Source: Intoshia linei
Lineage: Eukaryota > Animalia > Orthonectida
Assembly (NCBI GenBank): GCA_001642005.1
Contig: LWCA01000199.1
Location: 1 to 40,646, forward strand
Direction: 5' to 3'
Length of the DNA stretch: 40,646 nt
The position numbers were made by a program, and so were the translations under genes. Below the pieces are notes generated by a model, which searched no databases, was not told the DNA's origin, and worked only from the letters and a program-made list of their open reading frames with translations. Positions 1 to 12,200 of the stretch are shown here, in pieces. Position 1 is the stretch's first letter. Each line of letters begins with the position of its first letter.

Positions 1-61
1 ATGGTAATTACATTTTTAAATTTGATTATCGTATAAAAAAAGTGATTTTAATGTAAAGTAT

Positions 62-256
62 CCTATGTTTATTGCGCGGCCAATTATCGATTTGTGTGAT
101 AAATTTTCATATAAAAGTGGCAATTAAAAAATAATGGTATCAACGAGCGTACTTTTTAATACCTTTTTTAATAGAGATGAAATATTCATGAAAATTAATG
201 TTAATAGACCAAAAAATAATATAAATCAGTTGAACCTATGTTTATTGCGCGCACTG
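62..256. mobile_element. Tc1/mariner terminal remnant with IR/DR-like organisation
   Basis: Exact 17-bp direct repeat CCTATGTTTATTGCGCG at 62-78 and 235-251; the outer copy runs into CACTG|TA, a Tc1-type terminus plus TA target. Confidence 0.55.
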
Positions 257-289
257 TATATATTATATAGTCATTACATAATTTTGTAG

Positions 290-3200
290 AAAAAGAATGG
301 TATTGTAAAGATAGTGTTTTCGATGTCCGTTGCATCGAATTCAAGCCTTATTATGAAAAAACCTTCGGAGTTCCTCAAGTTCGCAAACCAATACCTCAAC
401 AAGAATCACGGTAATGCTTTTAATTAATTAATATAAAATATAAACGTCAAATAATATAAACAGATCAATCACCTTTCAATAAATATTTATGGTATATCTA
501 TTTGAAATGATTTATATATGTCTACATTCATGTTCAAAGTACATTGTACACATTATTTAATTAGTAAACTGACAGTCCCGGAAATTGCATAAAAAAATCT
601 ATATAAATATAATATAATAAATAAATATAATAATAAATAAATCTTAAGTTTTTTTTCCGCGCGAAAGTTAGATAAGCTTTAGTGTCAGAAACTTGTCTCT
701 TAACAACCAAACACCCAAATTTGCCTTTTTTAACTTTAAAAACTAATAGGCTTAGAATAATGAAGAAATTATAATTAATACAGCTTTTTCCAGTGAATAT
801 ACAGAAAAATTTTCAATCTCCTAAATTAACGTAATCATGGTCAAAAAGGATTATACTATATATTTATTATTATAATACAGAATATGTATTACAGATACTT
901 GTATTTATTAGATTAAACTGTAAATAAATGTACTTGTGGTTGATATAATGGATCAATTAAAAAAATAATTAAATATATTGATTTAGATACTGGGAAGCCA
1001 TAAACTCAATAGAAAATGAACAATTGGCAGACATGTCAACAATTTTCAAAGATTCAACTATAAAAACTAAAACTTCCTATAAAAATGCATTGAACCAAAT
1101 TACTAAACCGGAAATATTACTAAACGTAAATTAATAACTAAAATGCGAAAATATCAACATTATTCATTGTAAAATAATAAATTAACGCCCGTATCGGATG
1201 AACAAAAAATACGTTTCTACCTACTCTACTACCTATTCTGCCTACGTTTGGGCAGTTTTAACTTTTAATTAGTTTTAGAGGAGTGTTTCCTAACCGTGGG
1301 GATAGGTCCCACCTTTGGGTTTGACGAAAGTTTTGGTAGGGCATGTGAAACTTGGTGGGGCGTAACATATTTTGATGGGATTCGGGAAATTTTACGAATT
1401 AAGGGAATTATGAAAACTCTAGATTCATTTAATGTTCATTTTGTATAATACTAACTTGACTGTTATGTACTTTAAGACTTACCAATTTAAGAATTAAAGC
1501 TGATTTGGTCATAATAATGGTCGTGGAGAGCCAGCAAAAATCCCGGGCGCGATGGAAAATATAGACCCCTATAAATCAATTATTAAAAAAGGACCTCTAT
1601 ACATTAATTAATCGAACGTTCATTATCTAAAAATTAAAAATAACCATTGGAAATCGTATTGATTATCGAAAATATGATATACTTAAAAAATTTTTTATCA
1701 TTTTTCATTGAAAAATATCGGAAAATGTAGTAGCCCTGGTCATACTACCAAATTCATTAATCAAAAATATACTATTCAAATATAATGTTATAGACTCAGA
1801 AAATAGACGAATTAAGTAGTAGCGGAAAACTTTTACAAAACAATTGAACAAATTTATATACATAAATTTTAATGGGATCGTTATTGTTGCTTTGAATTGA
1901 GAAGCCTAATCTTAGCATTGTTTTTAATAGGCTCACTCGCTTACCGGCACGGATATCTAATTTATTTTTTTTTCATTTTTTTTAACTTGTTAGAATAGAA
2001 AATCCAGCCTCACAAAACTATGTTGTAGCAAAAGTAATAATTACTTCAAAGGCAATTTTAATCACAAACTGATGTGCATGCACATCAGTTAAGAACCATT
2101 GCCTTAAGGGATTAATCCACTTTTACAAATCCCTAAGAGAAAAATTCCAATTTTATTAAGCTTTAGAAGAAAAATTCAGTCTTACCAAACCTTTAAGGAA
2201 AATTCCACGTTTACCAATCCTTAAATGAAAAATTTACTTTTACAAACCTTAAAACGAAAAATCCGGTTTTACCAACCATCAAAGATTAAAACCTTAACTA
2301 AAAACATTAACTACACACTACACAAAATATACACTTTTTCAATTCATTAAGGGTAAAAGTGGATGTTTCTTTTTAGGGTTGGTAAAAGTAGGTTTTTCAT
2401 TTTAAGTTTGGTAAAATTCGATTTTACTATTAAGGGTTGGTAAAAGTGGAATTTTCCTTAAAGGTTTGGTAAAACTGGATTTTTCTTTTAAGGATCAGTA
2501 ATTTTGATTTTTAGTAAAAATGGTTGGATTTAAGTGAACCCCTTTAAAAATTATAGTTTTTGTAAAAAATAGTCACTGAATTAATAATGATTTTTTTTAA
2601 GTGGGACTTGTATTCAAAAGAGGGAAACATTGTTTTAGGATGAATGAAATTTTTTAATTTGTTTACATTTAAAAACAATAAATTAAAAAAATAAATAAAA
2701 ATATTACTTTTCTTATAAATTTTATTTTAATTGGTTAATATTTACCCTCTCTCCAATGCAATTATTAACTTATATCATTATTCATTATATTATTTCAATG
2801 TACATTATCCAATTACATTAAATTAAATGTAATTAATATCTAAATTTAAATTATTAGGAAATTAAACAAAATTATTACAATTTTTCGAAAAAAGCAATAA
2901 TGGATTATATCCTACTAGATAAAAACATGCAAAATTACTTGGAAATTAATACTACTGAAAACAAAATTTCTGAATACACCAATTGGATATATCCTTGGAA
3001 AGACTCAAAAACAGAAGCTACCAGTTTTATAGATATAAACTTATACACCGTCAACCCTATCATTTTTTATATTCAAACCGATTGTCTTATTACGTAAGTT
3101 TATTTATTTAAAATATAATGTCCAAAAATGTTAACATAATATATTATATTATTTTTATAGATTCAATTTTCCAAATGTTTTCAATTATAGTGAAATTACT

Positions 3201-6200
3201 AGTAAATTTCCAATAAAAATAGTGGAGTTGGTCAAATCCGTTACTAATCATTGTTCAATTTTCTCGTAATTACTTACAGTAGTTGTAGTTGGTGTCAGGC
3301 GACAACCTTTATCACAATTGGATACTTCATGAAACGTTCGTCCTACACCGATTATCCTCTGTTTGTACAAAGTATTCAACAATTAGTCATGTCATAAATC
3401 ACGTCATAGTTTGTACCGTGAAGTCTCCAATATTCGCCAATGTGGATATTTGCTCAAAAAAATTTTTTCCAAATGAAAATAAATCAAAAAAACTGAAACC
3501 CCATCATTTTTTTAAAATAAATGAAAATGAAATATTCCTAAAATTTTTGAATTGTCAATTTGGCGAACAGTCATAGTGTCAGTTAGTTTTAGTCATCTTT
3601 CAAATGATAAAAAATCTTAAATAAAAATTATCTAATAAGATTATATGACAAAAACTAATACTGGTAATTACGATTTTTATAAAGAGCCACTTGTCGCCAT
3701 TTTTTTGTCCATTCTTTGTCGTCTTTGATTAATTAAATCAGTATTATATTAAAAATTTTTAGAAACTATTTAAAAAACACGTGGCTAACTAATTGCATTC
3801 ATTTTATATCTACCAAAAGAAATGAAATAAATCATTTTGTATATAGTACAGAAAAGGTATGCTAATTAATTGATTAATTATGTTAATTTTAAAATGATTA
3901 ATTAAAATGTCCCAAAAATTTAGCTTGGAAAATTTAATAATATGACAAAATATTTTAATGTCATTGCAAAGTTGATGGAACTAGATTTGAGAAAATCCGT
4001 ATCTAACAATATTGAAAATCTTATTGATATTTTTTCACAATATCGAGATAAATCGAGCAATACTACGATCAACAACATTGAATTTTTGTATCTTGATATG
4101 GTATTTTTTAAAAATCAGTAAAAATCACTCAAATATTTTTTCATACATTTTATTTTAATTTATATTAATGCTAGACTGTATCGGAAGATTGTGAAATAAC
4201 ATATGAATACAATTCTGAAGAAATAATTACAATTTTTCAGGAAATTGTAAAATCTATATTAAATTCAACAAATGATTTACTCCGAATAGAACACGGTTTA
4301 TTTGTCAAATTACCGTATCAATCCAAAAAATTTATACGAAATTTGCAATATCATGAAGAATTTACTGTAAAATCTCTAAATATCATTGAGGAAATTGTTC
4401 TCATGTATGAACCTGATTTATTAAAGTAATATTTATAAATTTTTTAATTAAAGTAGCAGTGTACTAAAGAAATCGGTGTAATATAGAAAGGATAAACATC
4501 GTAAATACTTGGAATACACTTAATTTTTATAAGAAAATTTTTTATACCTTGAACCGATTAAAAAAATTCACTTTTCCAAAAAAATTCTGGTCGTGTATAG
4601 AATTTTCGAACCGGTAACGGGAACTGGGGAATTGTAGATAATGCTGTATTACTATTATTATAATAGTCAACGTTTTAGTTTCAATACCAATAATTACATA
4701 CATTTTGAGTATTTATTAAGTCCGGAAAGAATATTGGAATATGAATTATTTATCATGGATTCTCACAATGTTGACGAATATCGTAAAGTACTTGAAGATT
4801 TTTTGGATTACAGAACAACTATTCTATCATTGCCTTATAATTATTCATTAAAATTTTACAAGATTAATACCGAAAATTTACATAAGGTTAATAAAAATTT
4901 TTTATATAATTTGTTGTCGTATACCAAATCTAATTATACATTGATACATTTAGCGTCTAATAGAACGAATAGATTATTTAATGGATCTATACGCAAATAA
5001 TATCCTGTTATTATCCACAAATTTAAATAAAAGTATAAGTGCCAAGTATGACGAAATTGTTAATACACTATCTCAAACAACCCAAGAGATTGGTGAGATT
5101 GTTGATATGCAATTATACCAAGATACTTTGAATAAATTTGAATTAAACAATTTGGAGGAAAAAATAGAATTTTCAACACATTATTTATATTTTATATTGG
5201 AATATAAATTACTTTCTCGTGAAGACTTTGCACTAAACGACATTACCTTTTCGTGGAATAAGAGGATTCGACTTATTTTAAGTGCAAGGTACTATTAACT
5301 TTGGAAATTAAATTTTGTTAATAAAAAATTAAGAGAAGAAAGTTTAAAAAATGAAAAAAACAACGCCATTAATATTTTGGAACATAACATAAAAGTTTTA
5401 ATGACGGACTTTGAAAGTATTCATGAAAAAATTACCAACTTTAGAAATAAAGACCGTTTGGCTGATGCAAACTCAAATGTGGCAGAGTTGAATAAAATTT
5501 CGGATAAAATTGAGTTTTTAATTATTAAGGTAAATAATTTATATCATTAATTTTATAAAAATTAAAAAGTATGCATAATTGATAATTTAATGTAGAAAAA
5601 TAAATTCAACGAAGAAGAAGAATTATTGAATTTACCAAATCCGTCCAATTTTGACATTGTAAATTCAATATATTTCACAAAAGAACCATATGATAAATTA
5701 TGGGAAATTGGTGCAAATATACAAAAAAAACATAATGAATGGTTGGATGGGTGTATTCTTAATTTGGATGCAACAGAAATTGAAAATAGTGTAAGAATAT
5801 AAAATACCAAGTTTATACCAAATTTATAAATATTGAATTAGGTTCAATCAATGTGGCGTTCAATGTACAGACTGGTAAAGCAATTTTCGCATCCGTCCTT
5901 TAAAGGTCCCATGAAAGTAGCAAAGTCGATTAAATTAAAATTGGAAAAATTCCGAACTCACATGCCTTTAATTAATGTCATTTGTAGTCCAGGTTTAAAG
6001 CAACGACATTGGAATGAAATGGGATTGATTGTTGTTGTATTTTAATTGAATTGACTTTATAAATAGATTGGAAAAAGTATTGAACCAAATCAAGATACAA
6101 AATTGAATCAAATATTAAATAAAAATTTGGATTCATATGTTAATTTGTTATCTCCAATTTCTCAAAGAGCAGCCAAGGAATTTGGTGTTGAAAGTGTAAT

Positions 6201-9200
6201 TATTAATTTTTATGCATTTTTGTGATAGTTTTTACATTTTCTTTCAGATTCTAAATACAATGATCTCTGAATGGGAAAATATGGAATTGACTTTTATTAA
6301 TTATAAACAAAAGGATATTTACATTTTGGGAGATTTAGACAATATTCAATCAATATTAGATGATCATATCGTGAAATGTAAAACTTTAAAAAATTCTACT
6401 TTTTCGTCGCATATTGCTCAAGAAATTGTAGATTGGAGTAATCAGTTGGTAAATTTTTCATTATAACTACAAGTGTGTATTTCAGTGTTCATATCGAAAC
6501 ATCATATAATTCTACGAATAACAGGGTTGTAGCCTACATAAATACTATGACTAAATAGTCATACAACTTCTAGGGCAGTTTATTTATTCAGGGTTATAGT
6601 TTACGTGTCAATATCTTAAATTGACATCTTCACTTTCAAAAATTTATATTACAATTTTGACTACAAATTCACTTTGTATATTTTAAAATGGAACTTTGCC
6701 ATTTCAAGATATTGAAAGTAAAATTTTGTTTACCCCACTTTAACTTAAGAATTAATAAAAATAAGGATCGTAGAATCTTGAAAATAACTCAAATAATAAG
6801 TTGAAAGTCACTTTTTCCTGTACAAGTTTTAGGTTAGGTCTCAAAGTCTAAAAGTGACACCTTCACATTAAAAAATTTATATTGTGATTTTAACTACAAA
6901 TTTACTTTGTATATTTTGAAATGGAACTTTGTTATTTCAACAATGTTGAAAACAATATTTTTTTATCTCCCTATACAGCGAAAAATCAGGTTCGTAGAGT
7001 CTTGAAAATAACACATTGTTAGAACAGTTTTGTCCTGTGCAAGTTTTAGGTTAGGTGTCAAAGTCTAAAAGTGACACCTTCCCAATAAAAATTAATATTG
7101 CGATTTTAACTACACATTTACTTTGTATATTTTGAAATGGAACTTTGTTATTTCAACAATGTTCAAATTTTTTTGTTTGTTTAGATTAAACGTTAAAGTT
7201 TTACGGAGAAACTAAGAAACGCAGATACTTGGAAATACCACATTGTTAAGATAGTTTTTTCTTGGGCAGGTGATAGGTTAAGTTTAAATGTCTGAGATGG
7301 ACACGTTCATTGTAAAAAAAGCAAATTACAATATCAACAACGTTTACTTTCAATATTTTAAATTGATAATATTCAATTTTGAAATTAAAAATGTTTTTTA
7401 GAAAAACATAACCAGCGTTTCTTAAATGGGGCTTACAGTATGGGGCTGTATATAAAATATTACCCTATTACCATATTATCTTTAGACCAAAGTACAACAA
7501 GTTTTGGATATTTGGAGACATACGCAAATATCGTGGATATATTTTCAAGAAGTTTTTAATTATTCAAATATTTCTAACGAATTATCCGAACAACAGGAAT
7601 GTTTTGGAGAAATAAATGAAAAATGGTATAATTTTATATAAATAAAATGTAGAATTTAATCTACATTTTAGTTAGATTATAATTATAAGGTACATCCAGC
7701 TACGAGCATGTAGTTAAAATTAGCTTTAAATTTAAAATTTAAATTTTGATAGGAATTCAATTGTACAGAAAATGCTTGATAATAGCAAAGCTTTAATAAT
7801 TTTTAAAAATCCAGAAGTTTACGAAACACTAAACTTGGCTCTCGTAATTTTATATCCAAAAAACTAATAATAATTAATTTAGAATGTTATCGAAAAAATA
7901 AAAAGTGTTTTAGTCCAATATTTATCTGGTAAAATGAAAATTTTTCCGAGGTATACATTACATTATTTCTTGTGATAACATTTCATAACAATTTTTTTTT
8001 AAATTTAAAATTTCTGTAAAATTCGTGTCATGTTGAATCAATGCACTAATTAGTAATTAAATGACACTGCATTCAATTCAGTGCATTGTTACAATTTACG
8101 AATCGAACCTAATAAAAACTTACTGTTGATAACAATCGGGAATATCAGTCTCTACAGGGCTGAATCGTTTATAAATGTCATCTAAATGGGATTTTAGATT
8201 TTATTTTTTATCGGAAGATGAATTATTGGATATTTTAAGTGAATCAAAAAATTTAAAACGAATAGAAACAAATTTGAAAAAAATATATTCTGGATTTAAA
8301 AAACTAAAGATAAATGCATCAGATCCTTATCAAATTGATGGAATTATTTCAGACTATGGAGAAATTGTTATATTTATGAAGCCCATCAATATAGAAAAAT
8401 TTGATTTTCATGTAGAAAAATGGATTGTTGCTGTAATTTTATTTTTATTTCATAAATACACTGTACTCTATGTTTAGTTGGATAATATGATTATTTCTTC
8501 ATTGAAAAATCATCTTACACAATTAACTAATCAAGAATGGGACTATAAACAATTTATCAAAGTTGACAATATTAAAAAATTTCCATCACAAATTAATATT
8601 TTATGGTCTCAAACTATTTTTTGTTCTCAAATTGAAGAGGTAAGATAATTTTTTAATAACATATATTATATTTCTCTGCATACACTTTGAGCCATTGAAT
8701 ACTGATTATGTCATCTGGAGGAATGTGTTTAGTATCGGTTATCACTCTCTAAAAACTGTCTTGAAATTGAGTTTTTTTAATTTTAAGACTTTTAATTTTT
8801 TAATTAAACGGTATCACATTCACAGAAATTCAATTTTATTTAAGTAAAGGATAACTGAAAAGTGTTGAAAAAATTTAATTTAAAGCCGACTATTTTTTTA
8901 TTTCGTGTTTCGTGTGCATAGATTAAATTAAATTAAATCTAACATATGTTTTTTAATTTTAATGTATATATAGGCATATCAGAAACAAAGCGGTCTCAAC
9001 GAGTTGCTGGTAAAAGTGGAGACTACATTAAAAAACGCATTGGACATGAAACTAAATTTAAAAAAAGAGTACAAATTTGAAAATTTTAAATTGATGAGCA
9101 TTTGTTATCAAAACATATTAGTAGTACTGATGTATCAAAAAGATGTACTCAAACGATTACTAAAAAGTAAGATGGATAAAATACCATTCGAATGGATTTC

Positions 9201-12200
9201 TCAGATTCGATATTACATTGACGAATCAAGTAATAACTTGATAATAGAAAGCGTATACGGTAATTTAAACTATCAATATGAATATCTGGGTAATCAAGAT
9301 TCATTGATAATCACACCAATAACTGAAAAAGTGACAACATTTTTATTGTGTACATTTTCATTGATGAAAGGAGGAAATATATGGGGCCCTACTGCTACAG
9401 GGAAAAAGGCAATGGTAAAAGAATATTGTAAAAGGATTGGTAAAAACTACATTTGCCGAAATTGTTCAAATGGCGACCAAGAACTAACAAAGCTTTTTAA
9501 GGGAGTATTTCAAACTGGAGCATGTCTTCTTTTATCAGAATTAGATAGATTAAACCCAAAAACACAATTAATATTTATAGAACATTTAAAACATATTTGG
9601 AATGCATTTAGAACAAAAAATAGTGTAATTATTTTTAATGGTTTTGAAATTTGTGTAAATTTCGAATCTGTGATTTGTACAACTATTTGCACCAATTCGA
9701 TATCTCAAAATTCTATATCTGACGAAGTAATGTCAAGTTTTCGATCAGTTTCAATTATAAAACCAAATGTGGATATTATTGTAGCAAATAGTTTGTTTAT
9801 CCTTGGGATCAGTCAGTATCAATCACTCTCTGAAAAAATTGTCCATTTGTTTCAAATTTGTAAATACATGCTCAGTTCTCAATCTCACTACAATTTTGGA
9901 CTTGAAAATTTGAATATTGTGCTGAAATTTGTTAAATCTAAAATGAATGAAAATGTACTTTCCGAAACTGTAAATATTATTAAAATGGAGCAAGATATAG
10001 TTGAAAGTGCACTAAACCACATAATTTGGCCTACTCTATTACCCGATGATTCTACAAAATTTGCTAGAATTATTAAAAATTTTTTCGATTCAGACAAAGT
10101 CAAAAAAAATCCAACTATAGACTTGTTATTCAAAGAAATTATCAAAGAATTAAACTTTGGTTGGGAAGATGGCCAATGTACTAAAGTATTACAAATCCTG
10201 GAAATGATGAATTTCAAAAATTCGATATTACTAGTAGGTGAACCCATGTCAGGTAAAACTAGTTGTATTGAAATTTCTCGGGCTTTCATTAATAAATTGG
10301 ACAAATATCAAGCAATGACTTCATCAGAGGAAATTTTCAAAAAAATATTGATACATAAAATTTACCCATATTCTTTGACAAATACAGAAAACTATGGAAT
10401 ATACGATGCAAATCAAAGTGATTACAATGACGGAATAATATCATCAACTTTTCGTGAAATTTCAAAATCTCCAGATTCAAATTGGATCATTTTTGATGGA
10501 CCAATTGAAAATTCGTGGGTTGAAAATTTAACTACAACAATGACAAATAACCCTTACCTACTTTTCAAAAACGGAGAAACGATTCTGGTCAATAATACGA
10601 CAAATTTAATATTTGAAACGGCGCACATGTCGAATTGTTCACCAAATGTCATTAATCAGTGTGGGGTAATTTATTTTGACGCCACCAAAAATGTACATTG
10701 GAAATCAATCTTGTACTGCTGGAAGACAAATGTATTGAACAAAAATTTTGTAGGTTCCGTGTCTATTGCTGTAAAATTTTTTGTTAACCACCTCATTGAA
10801 CCCACAATAACGTATCTAAAATCTCACGTACCAAATGATATTATTGAAGGAGTTTCATTTAGTATAAAAATTGATAATTTTTGCAAAATGTTTTCAATCT
10901 TTCTCAAAAAAATTAAATGCCTCAATGAATCTGAAAATGAAAACGACAATGAAAACTCGGAAATGGAACCAGATGAAATGTTTGCATCGGCTTCAGAAAA
11001 ATCACTAATGTTGGAACAAATTAGTATGGCTATAGCTCAATGTCAGTTTTCTATAGTATGGTGTCTAGCTTCATTAATTCCCCAAAAATATGTCAATCCT
11101 TTTAGCACCTTTTTTATTAATCTCATTACTAATACTCTAAAAGAATATAACGAATCTGAAACCAAATACAAAGTACAAAAATCAGCTTTGTACCCTAAAC
11201 GGGGCACAGTGTTTGATTTTTACTATAAATTTACAACATTTGGCGCATGGGATCATTGGAGTAATTTGGTAAATTCAAAGCCTAGACGTGAAACCCTGAT
11301 AAATTTACAAAACTATATTGCAAATACGATAGAAAGCGAAAAACAATTATACTTTTTAAAGCTTTACAGTCAAGCTAGAATTCCTCTCATTATTTTTGGA
11401 CCTCCAGATAGTGGCAAAACTTTAATTGCCAGTACATATTTAAGTGAACGAAGGAGTATGTATTTAAAATTGAACGCATTCAAGACTGTAAGTTCAATTC
11501 GAAATACAATTCTTAATCGAATGCAGAGTTATCACAAAAATTTTCAAAATACTACTGATACTTTTCATATTGCAGTAGATGACATTAATAATGACGTCTT
11601 ACCTGAATCAGTAGACTTTTTACGCAATTTAATTGACAATGGAACTGTTTTAAACAGAAATAAATATGAACGTATCTTAGATCAAAATGTTACTCTTTTT
11701 GGTATGATGACGTCTCAATCATGCTCAAAAAAACCTTTATCCGTTAGGTTTTTAAGGTTATTTAATATTCTCACCATTCAAGAACTGTCACAACAAGTTA
11801 TATTCAATATTTTGCAAGACATTTTTAGTCATCATTTTAATAAAAAAAAATTTGATGTTACTTTAAAACATTTTACTCGCGTAATTTTTTTCTTCAATAG
11901 ATATTTCATTCATTTTCATTTTAGATATATATTACCGGTTTATTAAAGCTATATTCTTTGTCCAATGGAATTTTCAAACCTTCCGCCACCAATCCTCATT
12001 ATGGTTACAAAATCAAAGATTTAAAATTTGCTTTACAGGTACAGATATAGTCATATCTTATTATCATTATATCCTAACTTATACAATATGATACACGATT
12101 TTTGTTTGTGTGTGTGTCCTACTTTATTAAAATAAGTATTAGTCTTAGAATTTTATAAAGTCCACATTTCCATTACAGTTTTTTCCGGGGTGATAATAAG

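Noticed and set aside
565-592. Possible terminal exon (KLTVPEIA*) making 290-410 part of a separate upstream gene
   Set aside because: Cannot be excluded, but 290-410 also splices in phase to 987 giving SR-YWEAINSI, which fits the dynein N-terminus; left unannotated.
4641-5298. Overlapping ORFs suggesting a frameshift in the dynein
   Set aside because: Resolved by a canonical GT-AG intron at ~4887-4953; the GLRX5 overlap is likewise a 37-nt intron. No recoding or alternative genetic code is needed.
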